64,000 bases of DNA from Oscillospiraceae bacterium (GCA_048201935.1 DBFBGR010000024.1:41322-105321); one strand, 5' to 3'. Shown: positions 48,268-57,489, counted from the stretch's first letter. The notes: generated by a model from the letters alone, not told the origin. Translations and numbers: made by a program.

Positions 48268-48477
48268 TCAATCCTTGGGCTTGAGAGGCCGTTTCGTACC
48301 GTCGGGCTCCTGGATGACGGTGTGCTCCAACTGGGCGGTGAGATTGGCCCGCACCGCCTCCACATAGCGCCGGCGCAGGTCCTGCTGCTCGGCGCGCTCG
48401 TCGTCGGTGAGGCCCTCCGGGCTCTTGGCCTTCCGGGCCAGGGCGTTGATGCGCTGGATGTCGGCTTGTGTGATCAT
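48268..48477 (-). CDS. DUF896/UPF0291 (YnzC-like) small protein
   Basis: MITQADIQRINALARKAKSPEGLTDDERAEQQDLRRRYVEAVRANL is typical of the family. GGAGGT RBS upstream of ATG 48477. Confidence 0.75.
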   Translation of the reverse strand: MITQADIQRINALARKAKSPEGLTDDERAEQQDLRRRYVEAVRANLTAQLEHTVIQEPDGTKRPLKPKD

Positions 48478-48494
48478 ATATACCTCCGTTGTTG

Positions 48495-48629
48495 GCACGC
48501 TCGGATTTGGCGGCCTTCTCGGCCCCGCTTCGCCCCTGCGCGGCCCAAATGCCGCTCATGCCGTTGGCATTCACCTGTTTTGGGCCTGTCGGGGCTCCAT
48601 CGGGTCCGGGCCGCCTATCCTCGCGCTTA
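48495..48629 (-). repeat. copy 2 (divergent, minus orientation) of the ~140-nt structured element
   Basis: The reverse complement aligns along its full length with copies 1 and 3. It begins on the ylmH-like TAA stop (48627-48629) and ends just before the RBS of the DUF896 gene. Helix positions carry paired substitutions (GGCGGCC/GGCCGCC, GCCCC/GGGGC, GGCCCAAA/TTTGGGCC, ATGCC-AAC-GGCAT). Confidence 0.8.
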
Positions 48630-49418
48630 GTATCTCTCCAATTCTACCATGATTCTACCTTTACGGCTCTCCCCCGTCACCTGGGCCAGGACGCACTTGC
48701 CGTGGCCCTTGGCGGTCAGGCTGTCCCCTTCCTTCAATAGCCGGTCGGGCTTTTGGCAGGGCAGGTGGTTGACCTGGACGTGGCCCCCGGCGATGAGGCT
48801 TGCCGCCTTGGCCCGGGACAGGCGAAAGCCCGCGGCGGCCACCGCGTCCAGCCGCAGAGATTGAAAGGTCTCGTGGCGCAATGTCCGGTCCCCGGCCACC
48901 GGCTCCAGCGCCGACAGCTCCAGTTCCCGGACCCGGACGGCGTAGCGTCCCACCTCGGTCCACTGGGTCAGCAGCGCGGGCAAAGCGGAGCGAAGGCACA
49001 CCACCTGGGCCCGCTCCGACGTGACCAGGATATCCCCCAGACCCTCCCGGGCAAGGCCAAGGCCCATGAGGGCCCCCAAATAGTCCCGGTGGGACAGCTT
49101 GGCCTCTGGGGGCGGTACAGCCTCCACGGCGGCCAAGGGCTCATCCTCGTCCCCGGGGACAAACTCCTCCTGCCAGTCGGGCAAAAAGAGACAGACCTTT
49201 CGCTCGGCCTGGTCGTAGCCGCCCCAAAGCTGGTATCGGGCGCACCCCACGGCGGTCAACGCCTGGCGGGCCAGCTCCTGCTCGCCGTCGCTCAAAAACT
49301 GGCTGTGGGCGGGGACGTTGCGGCTCCGGGCCAGCTCCGCCTTGTCCAGCACCCGGGCCAGGGTCACCCGGCTCTGGGCGTCCACCGCCAGGTGGTCTAA
49401 AATATCCTGTTTGCTCAT
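48627..49418 (-). CDS. ylmH: YlmH-like RNA-binding protein with C-terminal S4 domain
   Basis: N-terminus LARVLDKAELARSRNVPAHSQFLS, plus a C-terminal S4-like segment RLDAVAAAGFRLSRAKAASLIAGGHVQVNH. The ATG overlaps the ABC-transporter stop (ATGA). Confidence 0.7.
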   Translation of the reverse strand: MSKQDILDHLAVDAQSRVTLARVLDKAELARSRNVPAHSQFLSDGEQELARQALTAVGCARYQLWGGYDQAERKVCLFLPDWQEEFVPGDEDEPLAAVEAVPPPEAKLSHRDYLGALMGLGLAREGLGDILVTSERAQVVCLRSALPALLTQWTEVGRYAVRVRELELSALEPVAGDRTLRHETFQSLRLDAVAAAGFRLSRAKAASLIAGGHVQVNHLPCQKPDRLLKEGDSLTAKGHGKCVLAQVTGESRKGRIMVELERY

Positions 49419-51157
49419 GCCTGGGCCGTCTGTGCCCGGTAGAGCCGGGCGTATTCGCCGTTTTGGGCCAGCAGCTCGTCGTGGCTGCCCTCCTCCAAAA
49501 TACGGTTGTCGTCCACCACGATGATGCGGCTGGCGGCGCGGATGGTGGACAGCCGGTGGGCAATGATGAGGGTGGTCCGGCCCTGGGAGAGCTGGTCGAA
49601 GGCGGACTGGATGGCCCGCTCGGTGACGCTGTCCAGGGCGGAGGTGGCCTCGTCCAAGATCAAGATAGGCGGGTCCTTGAGGAAAATGCGGGCGATGGAG
49701 ATACGCTGCTTCTGCCCGCCCGAGAGCATCACGCCCCGCTCGCCCACGTAGGTATCAAAGCCCTGGGGCATGGCCAGGATGTCGTCCAGTATCTCCGCTT
49801 TGCGGGCGGCCTCGGCCACCTCGTCCAGAGTGGCCCCGGGCTTGCCGTAAGCAATGTTGTCAAAGACCGTCCCGGCAAAGAGGAACACGTCCTGCTGCAC
49901 GATGCCGATGGCCCGGCGCAGATCCTGCTGACGGAGGTCCCGCACGTCCACCCCGTCCACGGCGATGGCGCCGCCGGTCACGTCGTAGAACCGGGCGATG
50001 AGCTGGCATAGGGTGGACTTGCCGCCGCCGGAGGGCCCCACCACCGCCACGGTCTGGCCGTGGGGGATGGTCAAGCTCACGCGGCTGAGCACGTCCCGGT
50101 CATCGTCGTCATACCGGAAGGACACGTCCCGGATGTCGATATCGCCCACCACGTCGGCCATGGGCAAAGCGTCAGGCTTGTCCTGGACCTGGGGCTCCAC
50201 CGCCATGAGCTCCACAAAGCGGGAAAAGCCCGCCATACCGTTCAAGAACTGCTCCACAAAGGCGGAGAGCTTGCGGATGGGCGTGACGAAGGTGGTGACA
50301 TAGAGCGAGAAGGTCACCAGGTCCACATAGTCCAGCTTGCCTCCCATAATGAGCGCACCGCCGGCGGTGATGACCAGCACCGGCAGGATGGACATGGTGA
50401 ACTCCAACCCGCCGTGGTAGAGGCCCATGTGGCGGTAATAGTCCCGCTTGGCCTCCCGAAACTGGTCGTTGGAGCGGCCAAACTTCTCGATCTCGGCGCG
50501 TTCGTTGGCAAAGGCCTTGGCGGTGCGCATCCCAGACAGCGACGATTCCAGCTCGGCGTTGATGCCCGCCATGGTGGCCTTCACCTGTCTCGAGGCCCGG
50601 ACCATGCGAGAGCGCATAAAGACCGTATACACCGCGAACAACGGCACCGCGGCAAAGACCACCAGCGCCAGCTCCCAGCGGATGGACAGCATCACGCAAA
50701 AGGCCCCTATCAGCGTCACTGCCGAGATAAAGAGGTCCTCAGGGCCGTGGTGGGCCAGCTCGGAAATTTCAAAGAGGTCGCTGGTCACCCGGCTCATGAG
50801 CTGGCCGGTGCGGTTTTGGTCGTAGAAGGAGAAGCTCAGCTCCTGAAGATGGGCAAAGAGGTCCTCCCGGATGTCCGCTTCGATGCGCACGCCCATCATA
50901 TGGCCCCAGTAGGTCACCACGAAGTACATCACGCCCTTGAGCACGTAGGCCCCGGCGATGATGGCCATGACGGCGAAGAAGGTCTGAAAGAGCCCCTGGG
51001 GCAGCAGGGACTGCATGGACAGCCGGGAGACGTAGGGGAACAGCAGGTCCACCGCGCAGATGCCCGCCGCGCACAGCATATCCATGGCAAACAGCTTCCA
51101 ATGGGGCTTATAATAGGACACGAAAATGCCTAAATTACTCCGCTTTTCCCCCTGCAC
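49415..51157 (-). CDS. ABC exporter, fused permease/ATPase (MsbA/LmrA-type)
   Basis: Six-TM ABC exporter domain, then Walker A GPSGGGKST, signature LSGGQKQRISIAR and Walker B ILILDEATSALD. GTG 51157 lies 6 nt after AGGGAGGG; ATG 51181 is an alternative start. Confidence 0.85.
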   Translation of the reverse strand: MQGEKRSNLGIFVSYYKPHWKLFAMDMLCAAGICAVDLLFPYVSRLSMQSLLPQGLFQTFFAVMAIIAGAYVLKGVMYFVVTYWGHMMGVRIEADIREDLFAHLQELSFSFYDQNRTGQLMSRVTSDLFEISELAHHGPEDLFISAVTLIGAFCVMLSIRWELALVVFAAVPLFAVYTVFMRSRMVRASRQVKATMAGINAELESSLSGMRTAKAFANERAEIEKFGRSNDQFREAKRDYYRHMGLYHGGLEFTMSILPVLVITAGGALIMGGKLDYVDLVTFSLYVTTFVTPIRKLSAFVEQFLNGMAGFSRFVELMAVEPQVQDKPDALPMADVVGDIDIRDVSFRYDDDDRDVLSRVSLTIPHGQTVAVVGPSGGGKSTLCQLIARFYDVTGGAIAVDGVDVRDLRQQDLRRAIGIVQQDVFLFAGTVFDNIAYGKPGATLDEVAEAARKAEILDDILAMPQGFDTYVGERGVMLSGGQKQRISIARIFLKDPPILILDEATSALDSVTERAIQSAFDQLSQGRTTLIIAHRLSTIRAASRIIVVDDNRILEEGSHDELLAQNGEYARLYRAQTAQA

Positions 51158-51235
51158 GACGTTCCCTCCCTTTGTATCCATCCAATTTGTATCCATTAGT
51201 ATAGGAGAAACCAGTAAAAAAGTCAAACGGCGGCC

Positions 51236-51264
51236 TTGCCAAATTTTCCCCGCTGGCCTATAAT
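51236..51264 (+). promoter_or_regulatory. sigma-A-type promoter of metY
   Basis: TTGCCA (51236-51241), 17 nt, TATAAT (51259-51264), 34 nt upstream of the ATG. Confidence 0.55.
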
Positions 51265-51297
51265 AGATTTCAAATCATTGCCCAAGGAGGGTCCACC

Positions 51298-52572
51298 ATG
51301 AAGCTCGATACCAAATGCGTCCACGCCGGGTATACCCCCGGCAACGGCCAGCCCCGGAACATCCCCATCGTCCAGTCCACCACCTTCCGCTACGAAAGTG
51401 GCGAGGCCATGGGCGCCCTCTTCGACCTGGAGGCCGAGGGCTACTTCTACACCCGGCTCCAAAACCCCACCAATGACCATGTGGCCGCCAAGATCTGCGC
51501 CCTGGAGGGCGGCACGGCGGCCATGCTGACCAGTTCGGGCCAGGCGGCCAACTTCTACGCCGTGTTCAACATCGCCTCCTGCGGCGACCATGTGGTGGCC
51601 TCCTCCTCCATCTACGGCGGCACCTTCAACCTCTTCGCCGTCACCATGAAGCGCATGGGCGTGGACTTCACCTTCGTGGACCCCGACTGCTCCGAGGCCG
51701 AGCTGGAAGCCGCCTTCCGGCCCAACACCAAGGCCGTCTTCGGCGAGTCCATCGCCAACCCCGCCCTCACCGTGCTGGACTTTGAGAAGTTCGCCCAGGC
51801 CGCCCACGCCCACGGCGTGCCCCTCATCGTGGACAACACCTTCCCCACCCCCGTCAACTGCCGCCCCTTTGAGCACGGGGCGGACATCATCACCCACTCC
51901 ACCACCAAGTATATGGACGGCCACGCCAACGCCGTGGGCGGGGCCATCGTGGACTCTGGCAAGTTCGACTGGACGAAGTACCCCGACAAGTTCCCCGGTC
52001 TGTGTACCCCCGACGACAGCTACCACGGCGTGACTTATACGGAGCGCTTCGGCCTGGCCGGGGCCTTTATCACCAAGGCCACCGCCCAGCTCATGCGGGA
52101 CTTCGGCTCCATCCCCTCCCCCCAGAACGCCTACTACCTCAACATCGGCCTGGAGACCCTGCCCCTTCGCATGGCCAAGCACTGCGCCAACGCCCTGGCG
52201 GTGGCCCAGTACCTAGAAAAGCACCCCAAGGTGGCCTGGGTCCGCCACCCGGGCCTTCCCGGCGACCCCTACCACGCTCTGGCCCAAAAGTATATGCCCG
52301 CCGGCACCTGCGGCGTGGTCTCCTTCGGCGTGAAGGGCGGCCGGGAAGCGGCCCAGAAGTTCATGGCCGGACTGGAGCTGGCCTCCATCGCCACCCACGT
52401 GGCCGACGCCAAGACCTGCGTGCTCCACCCCGCCTCCACCACCCACCGCCAAATGACCGACGCCCAACTGGCCCACGCCGGAGTAGCCCCGGACCTGGTG
52501 CGGCTCAGCGTGGGCATCGAGGATGTAGGCGACCTCATCGCCGACGTGGAAAAGGCCCTGGCCGGGGTATAA
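51298..52572 (+). CDS. metY: O-acetylhomoserine sulfhydrylase / aminocarboxypropyltransferase (PLP-dependent)
   Basis: MKLDTKCVHAGY, full-length Cys/Met-metabolism PLP fold. HSTTKYMDGH contains the PLP lysine. AAGGAGGG RBS. Confidence 0.9.
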   Translation: MKLDTKCVHAGYTPGNGQPRNIPIVQSTTFRYESGEAMGALFDLEAEGYFYTRLQNPTNDHVAAKICALEGGTAAMLTSSGQAANFYAVFNIASCGDHVVASSSIYGGTFNLFAVTMKRMGVDFTFVDPDCSEAELEAAFRPNTKAVFGESIANPALTVLDFEKFAQAAHAHGVPLIVDNTFPTPVNCRPFEHGADIITHSTTKYMDGHANAVGGAIVDSGKFDWTKYPDKFPGLCTPDDSYHGVTYTERFGLAGAFITKATAQLMRDFGSIPSPQNAYYLNIGLETLPLRMAKHCANALAVAQYLEKHPKVAWVRHPGLPGDPYHALAQKYMPAGTCGVVSFGVKGGREAAQKFMAGLELASIATHVADAKTCVLHPASTTHRQMTDAQLAHAGVAPDLVRLSVGIEDVGDLIADVEKALAGV

Positions 52573-52612
52573 CGCGCCGCCGCCAGAGCCTGGAAGACTT
52601 GGCCCTTCGCAT

Positions 52613-52648
52613 AAAAAGAGCTCCGTCCTCATAGGACGGAGCTCTTTT
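52613..52648. terminator. bidirectional intrinsic terminator (metY + / zinc-ribbon gene -)
   Basis: AAAAAGAGCTCCGTCCT-CAT-AGGACGGAGCTCTTTT: a 12-bp stem. Confidence 0.85.
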
Positions 52649-53037
52649 CAACTATTCTCTTCAAAACTGGTGCCGCAGGAGCGGCAGGTGACCCGGATGC
52701 GGCCCGCCCCCTTGGGGACCCGGAGCTGCTGGCCGCAGTTGGGGCACTTGAAATACTTATGGGTCTTGTCGCTGCGTTTGGTCTTGGCCGTCCGCCAGCG
52801 GCTGCGCAGGGGCGCGGTGGCGTTCAAGAACCGCTGGTTCTCCGCCCGGCGCTTGGCGATATTGCGCGAGAGCATCCGGTACAGGGTCACCACCGCCAAA
52901 AGCGTGCACACCAGCCCCAGCACATGCCAGCCGGTGAGTATCTCCGCCAGCCAGACCACCAGATACAGCACCAGGGTAAACGTACCCAGGGCGTCCGCGC
53001 CGTAGCGTCCGTACATGAACCTCTGGAGAAACCCCAT
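52648..53037 (-). CDS. small membrane protein with C-terminal zinc ribbon (hypothetical)
   Basis: Two TM helices followed by CPNCGQQLRVPKGAGRIRVTCRSCG (CxxC...CxxC). Confidence 0.6.
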   Translation of the reverse strand: MGFLQRFMYGRYGADALGTFTLVLYLVVWLAEILTGWHVLGLVCTLLAVVTLYRMLSRNIAKRRAENQRFLNATAPLRSRWRTAKTKRSDKTHKYFKCPNCGQQLRVPKGAGRIRVTCRSCGTSFEENS

Positions 53038-53122
53038 ACTCCAAGCTCCCTTTCCGCAAAGTCGGTAAAAATTATAATAACACCGTCCACAGGGTAAAGC
53101 GTAAACAAAATGTAAATTCCTC

Positions 53123-53151
53123 TTGCGCCCGGGGTGGAAAGACCGTATAAT
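53123..53151 (+). promoter_or_regulatory. putative sigma-A promoter of comEB
   Basis: TTGCGC (53123-53128), 17 nt, TATAAT (53146-53151). Confidence 0.45.
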
Positions 53152-53187
53152 GGACCCATCAAGCTCCTTGTAAGGAGGGCCAGCGTC

Positions 53188-53667
53188 ATGCAGAGATTAG
53201 ACAAAGTGAACTACTACCTGGACATCGCCCAGACCGTGGCCGAACGCTCCACGTGCCTGCGCAAGTGCTACGGCGCCATCCTGGTCAAAAGCGACGAGAT
53301 CATCTCCACCGGCTACAACGGCGCCCCCCGGGGCCGGAAGAACTGTGCCGACCTGGGGGTGTGTACCCGCGAGCAGTTGAACATCCCCTCCGGCGAGCGC
53401 TATGAGCTCTGCCGCAGCGTCCACGCCGAGGCCAACTGCATCATCTCCGCCGCCCGCAGCGAGAGCCTGGGCGCCACGCTGTACTTAGCCTGCCGGGACC
53501 CCCAGACCGGGGAGGTGGTCTCGGGCACCACCTCGTGCATGATGTGCCGCAAGCTTATCATCAACGCCGGCATCAGCCAGGTCATCATCCGGGACACCCC
53601 CACCGACTACCGGGTGGTCCACGTGGAGGACTGGATCAGAGAAGACGATTCCTTGCCTCAGCAGTAG
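53188..53667 (+). CDS. comEB: dCMP (deoxycytidylate) deaminase
   Basis: AAGGAGGG RBS. Zinc motifs HAEANCI and TSCMMCRKLIINAGI (PCxxC-type). YNGAPRG. Confidence 0.9.
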   Translation: MQRLDKVNYYLDIAQTVAERSTCLRKCYGAILVKSDEIISTGYNGAPRGRKNCADLGVCTREQLNIPSGERYELCRSVHAEANCIISAARSESLGATLYLACRDPQTGEVVSGTTSCMMCRKLIINAGISQVIIRDTPTDYRVVHVEDWIREDDSLPQQ

Positions 53668-53742
53668 GGGCCGCTGGTCTTGCCTGTCGGCTCGGTCGCG
53701 CGATGGGACGCGTGCCACTGGCACGCATCGCCCCAGCGGCCC
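53668..53742 (+). other. long GC-rich rod-like hairpin immediately after the comEB stop
   Basis: GGGCCGCTGG (53668-53677) pairs with CCAGCGGCCC (53733-53742). Inner GCGAT/ATCGC helix and apical GCGTGCC-ACT-GGCACGC (53710-53726). Confidence 0.6.
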
Positions 53743-53759
53743 GCGAACACAGACCCACG

Positions 53760-53789
53760 CCCCGCCGGCGGCCCGGCGGGGCGCTTTTC
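53760..53789 (+). terminator. intrinsic terminator after comEB (short U-tract)
   Basis: CCCCGCCGG-CGGC-CCGGCGGGG followed by CGCTTTTC. Confidence 0.55.
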
Positions 53790-53811
53790 ATGCCCCTTTC
53801 CCGATTTGGCC

Positions 53812-53840
53812 TTGACAGTCTGGGCGTTCTGATTTACAAT
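53812..53840 (+). promoter_or_regulatory. sigma-A-type promoter of rny
   Basis: TTGACA (53812-53817), 17 nt, TACAAT (53835-53840). Confidence 0.6.
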
Positions 53841-53914
53841 AATATAGGTTTACTATCTGGCAAAATGGCCGGAATACCGAAAAAACAAGGAAAGAAGAGG
53901 TGTAACAAGACAAG

Positions 53915-55468
53915 ATGGATATTATCATCGCCGTCATCATCGGCGTTGTGGCCCTTGTGCTGGGCGTGGCCATCGGCGTGCCGCTGGGTATCGCCCGACG
54001 CAAGTCCGCCGCCGAGCGGGAGATCGGCTCCGCCGAGGACGAGGCCAAGCGCATCATCAACGACGCCATCAAATCCGCCGAGAGCAAGAAGCGCGAAGCC
54101 CTGGTGGAGGCCAAGGAGGAGATCCTCAAGGCCCGCAACGAGCACGAGGCCGAGGTCAAGGAGCGTCGCTCCGAGCTCTCCAAGCAGGAGAACCGCCTCC
54201 AGCAGAAGGAGGAGAACCTGGACAAAAAGCTGGACAATGTAGAGAAAAAAGAAGAGGCCATCGCCGCCAAGGCCGAGGCCCTGGAGGAGCAGAAGGCGGA
54301 GCTGGAGGCCCTGAAGGCCAAGGAGCTTTTGGAGCTGGAGCGCATCTCGGGCTACACCGCCGAGGAGGCCAAGAAGTTCCTGCTGGACCAACTGGAGCAG
54401 GAGGTCACCCACGAGGCCGCCTTAAAGGTCAAGGAGATCGAGACCCGGGCCAAGGAGGAGGCGGACAACACCGCCAAGGAGATCATCTCCCTTGCCATCC
54501 AGCGCTGCGCCGCCGACCATGTGGCCGAGGCCACCGTGTCCGTGGTGCCCCTGCCCAACGACGACCTCAAAGGCCGCATCATCGGCCGGGAGGGCCGCAA
54601 CATCCGCACCCTGGAGACCATGACCGGTGTGGACCTCATCATCGACGACACCCCCGAGGCCATCACCGTTAGCTGCTTTGACCCCGTCCGCCGGGAGATC
54701 GCCCGCATCGCCCTGGAAAAGCTCATCCAGGATGGGCGCATCCACCCCGCCCGCATCGAGGAGATGGTGGAGAAGGCCAAGCGGGAGGTGGACGCCACCA
54801 TCAAGGCCGAGGGTGAGCGGGCCGTCTTTGAGACCAACGTCCACGGCCTTCACCCCGAGCTCATCAAGCTGCTGGGCCGGATGCGCTACCGCACCAGCTA
54901 CGGCCAGAACGTCCTGAGCCACTCCATTGAGGTCTGCCATGTGGCAGGGCTCTTGGCCGCCGAGATCGGCGCCGACGTGACCATGGCCAAGCGGGCCGGC
55001 CTCCTCCACGACCTGGGCAAGTCCATCGACCACGAGGTGGAGGGCTCCCACGTCCAGATCGGCGTGGAGCTGGCCCGGAAGTACCACGAGTCCGACGGCG
55101 TGGTCCACGCCATCGAGGCCCACCACAACGACGTGGAGCCCCAGACCATCGTGGCCTGCCTGGTCCAGGCCGCCGACGCCATCTCCGCCGCCCGCCCCGG
55201 CGCCCGGCGCGAGAACGTGGAGAACTACATCAAGCGTCTGGAGAAGTTGGAGGAGGTCTGCTCCTCCTTCCCCGGGGTGGACAAGTCCTTCGCCATCCAG
55301 GCGGGCCGGGAGGTCCGCATCATGGTGGCCCCGGAGAAGATCAGCGAGGACCAGATGACCCTGCTGGCCCGGGACATCGCCAAGAAGATCGAGGAGGAGC
55401 TGGAATACCCCGGTCAGATCAAGGTCAACGTCCTGCGGGAGACCCGGGTCATCGAGTACGCAAAGTAA
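53915..55468 (+). CDS. rny: ribonuclease Y
   Basis: N-terminal TM helix, E/K-rich coiled coil, KH domain ([15 protein letters not shown]) and HD domain ([13 protein letters not shown]...LHDLGK). Confidence 0.95.
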   Translation: MDIIIAVIIGVVALVLGVAIGVPLGIARRKSAAEREIGSAEDEAKRIINDAIKSAESKKREALVEAKEEILKARNEHEAEVKERRSELSKQENRLQQKEENLDKKLDNVEKKEEAIAAKAEALEEQKAELEALKAKELLELERISGYTAEEAKKFLLDQLEQEVTHEAALKVKEIETRAKEEADNTAKEIISLAIQRCAADHVAEATVSVVPLPNDDLKGRIIGREGRNIRTLETMTGVDLIIDDTPEAITVSCFDPVRREIARIALEKLIQDGRIHPARIEEMVEKAKREVDATIKAEGERAVFETNVHGLHPELIKLLGRMRYRTSYGQNVLSHSIEVCHVAGLLAAEIGADVTMAKRAGLLHDLGKSIDHEVEGSHVQIGVELARKYHESDGVVHAIEAHHNDVEPQTIVACLVQAADAISAARPGARRENVENYIKRLEKLEEVCSSFPGVDKSFAIQAGREVRIMVAPEKISEDQMTLLARDIAKKIEEELEYPGQIKVNVLRETRVIEYAK

Positions 55469-55472
55469 GATC

Positions 55473-55613
55473 GAAGCGCGAGGGTAGGCGCGCCGGGGGC
55501 GATGGAGCGGCGACAGGCCAAAAACAGGCGAACGCCGTAGGCGTGAGCGGCATTTTGGCCGCGCAGCCGCGAAGCGACCCCGACAAGCGCGCCCAACCCG
55601 AGCGTGACAGCCC
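55473..55613 (+). repeat. copy 3 of the ~140-nt structured element
   Basis: Starts 5 nt after the rny TAA. Differs from copy 1 at only 2 positions by eye. A terminator follows about 15 nt later. Confidence 0.85.
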
Positions 55614-55624
55614 CCACAATATTA

Positions 55625-55664
55625 CAAAAAAGAGACCATCTGCGTGGCAGATGGTCTCTTTTTG
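55625..55664. terminator. bidirectional intrinsic terminator (rny + / helicase -)
   Basis: AAAAAAGAGACCATCTGC-GTG-GCAGATGGTCTCTTTTT: a 13-bp stem. Confidence 0.85.
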
Positions 55665-55673
55665 TGCTCGGTG

Positions 55674-56849
55674 TTACTTCTCCTCGACCTCCAGCAGCAC
55701 ACCGCCCTCGTACTTCAAGGGAATGACGGTGTTGCGGGTGCCCTTTTGGATGTCGTCCATCCTGAGGGCCTCGGTGACGCTGGCCACCAGGGTGTAGGCC
55801 ACGCCGTGGCGGCGGGCCCGGCCGGTGCGGCCGATGCGGTGGACGTAGTACTCGTTCTCGTCGGGCACGTCGTAGTTGAAGACCACGTCCACATCGTCGA
55901 TGTCCAGCCCCCGGGCGGCCACGTCGGTGGCCACCAGCACCCGGAGCTTGCCGTCGCGGAACTGGCCCAACACCTTTTCCCGCACTCTTTGCTGGATATC
56001 GCCGTGGATGGCGTCGGCCTGGATGCCCCGGAGCCGCAGCATGGAGGCCAGGCGGTCGGTCATGCTCTTGGTGTTGCAGAAGGCGATGGCCCGCTCGTAG
56101 CCCCCGGCGTTCAAAAGCTGCTCGGTGAGCTCGGCCTTGGCCCCCCGGTCCACCTCGATGCGGTACTGCTGGATGTCGGGCTTGTTCTCCGCCACGGCCT
56201 GGACGGTGATCTCCACCGGGTCTCTCTGGTAGACCCAGGAGATGTCCAGCACCTCCCGGGAAATGGTGGCCGAGAACATCCCCAGATTTTTGCGCTGGGG
56301 CATAGCGTCCAGAATTTTGGTCACGTCCCGGATGAAGCCCATGTCCAACATCCGGTCGGCCTCGTCCAGCACCACGGTCTGGACCTTGTCCAGCCGCACA
56401 GTGCGCCGCTTCATGTGGTCCATGAGCCGGCCCGGGGTGGCGACGACGATCTGGGGATTCTTCTTCAGGGTCTGGATCTGCTTGTCGATGGGCGCGCCGC
56501 CGTAGAGGCAGACGGTCCGCACCCCTTCCTTAAAGGCGCACAGGTCCCGGAGCTCCTCTTGAATTTGGATGGCCAGCTCCCGGGTGGGGGCCAGCACCAG
56601 GCCGGTCACGTCCGTGCCCTCGGGGTCGGTGTGCTCCACCATGGGGATGCCGAAGGCGAAGGTCTTGCCCGTGCCCGTGGGGGCCTTGGCAATCACGTCC
56701 CTCCACTCCATAAAGGGCGGGATGGCCCCCACCTGGATGGGGGTGGCCGCCACGTAGCCCTTCTTGTCGATGGCGCGCATCAGCTCCTCCGACAGGCCCA
56801 TGTCCTTGTAGTCTCTTTGGTCGTTGACCTTCTCGCCGTTGATTTCCAT
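55674..56849 (-). CDS. DEAD-box ATP-dependent RNA helicase (CshA-like, short form)
   Basis: Q-motif/PTPIQ-like ATPIQ, motif I APTGTGKT, DEAD, SAT, and HRIGRTGRA. Confidence 0.9.
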   Translation of the reverse strand: MEINGEKVNDQRDYKDMGLSEELMRAIDKKGYVAATPIQVGAIPPFMEWRDVIAKAPTGTGKTFAFGIPMVEHTDPEGTDVTGLVLAPTRELAIQIQEELRDLCAFKEGVRTVCLYGGAPIDKQIQTLKKNPQIVVATPGRLMDHMKRRTVRLDKVQTVVLDEADRMLDMGFIRDVTKILDAMPQRKNLGMFSATISREVLDISWVYQRDPVEITVQAVAENKPDIQQYRIEVDRGAKAELTEQLLNAGGYERAIAFCNTKSMTDRLASMLRLRGIQADAIHGDIQQRVREKVLGQFRDGKLRVLVATDVAARGLDIDDVDVVFNYDVPDENEYYVHRIGRTGRARRHGVAYTLVASVTEALRMDDIQKGTRNTVIPLKYEGGVLLEVEEK

Positions 56850-56885
56850 TGGTATCTTCCTTTTCTTTTGACGTGATTTGGGGGT

Positions 56886-56914
56886 ATTATATCAGATGCT
56901 ACTTATATATGCAA
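56886..56914 (-). promoter_or_regulatory. sigma-A-type promoter of the DEAD-box helicase gene
   Basis: Minus strand reads TTGCAT (56914-56909), 17 nt, TATAAT (56891-56886), preceded by CGAAAAAATG. This upstream context also occurs at the surface-operon promoter. Confidence 0.55.
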
Positions 56915-56924
56915 CATTTTTTCG

Positions 56925-56953
56925 TTGACAGGGCATACTTTCTATGGTATAAT
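56925..56953 (+). promoter_or_regulatory. sigma-A-type promoter of rpsO-pnp
   Basis: TTGACA (56925-56930), 17 nt with a TGG extended -10, TATAAT (56948-56953). It predicts a ~105-nt leader containing the hairpin GCCTGC-GAGTTC-GGCAGGC. Confidence 0.6.
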
Positions 56954-57063
56954 ACCCCAGCCTGCGAGTTCGGCAGGCCATATCACGTACCCTTTGCTTA
57001 GGCGGCGGCCTCACCGACCCCGACCTCAGCTCTGGGCAAATTTTTGAAAGGTGGAACCACACA

Positions 57064-57330
57064 ATGATCCGCAAAGACCAGAAGACCGAAGTCATCGACG
57101 CCAACCGCACCCACCCCACCGACACGGGCTCTCCCGAGGTCCAGATCGCCATCCTCACCGCCCGCATCGGCCAGCTCACCGAGCACCTGCAGGTCCACAT
57201 CCACGACAACCACAGCCGCCGGGGCCTGTATAAGATGATCGGCCAGCGCCGCAAGCTGCTGGACTACCTGATGAAGAAGGACATCGAGCGCTACCGCGCC
57301 ATCATCGCGAAACTCGGCATTCGTAAGTAA
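57064..57330 (+). CDS. rpsO: 30S ribosomal protein S15
   Basis: [22 protein letters not shown]...[23 protein letters not shown]. Confidence 0.95.
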   Translation: MIRKDQKTEVIDANRTHPTDTGSPEVQIAILTARIGQLTEHLQVHIHDNHSRRGLYKMIGQRRKLLDYLMKKDIERYRAIIAKLGIRK

Positions 57331-57343
57331 AAACCGTCAACCG

Positions 57344-57377
57344 CAAAGGGTGGTGTGGCTTGCCACGCCACCCTTTG
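57344..57377 (+). promoter_or_regulatory. rpsO-pnp intercistronic stem-loop (attenuator/processing site candidate)
   Basis: CAAAGGGTGGTGTGGC-TT-GCCACGCCACCCTTTG: a ~16-bp stem with no U-tract after it, so read-through into pnp is expected. Confidence 0.5.
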
Positions 57378-57489
57378 ACAAAAATCAAGCCCCGGCGCGG
57401 CTGATTTAGCGTTTGAACGAAGGTCTCACAAAGGCCCTGGTTCAAGTGCTAAAACGGCGGCTGGGGCACAACACAAAGGAGGAAACCCC

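Noticed and set aside
53668-53742. Whether the comEB post-stop hairpin is a fourth, inverted copy of the three-copy element
   Set aside because: Only a short GCCTGTCGG-type match to the reverse complement was seen, and the helices do not align. It is reported as a separate structure rather than a family member.
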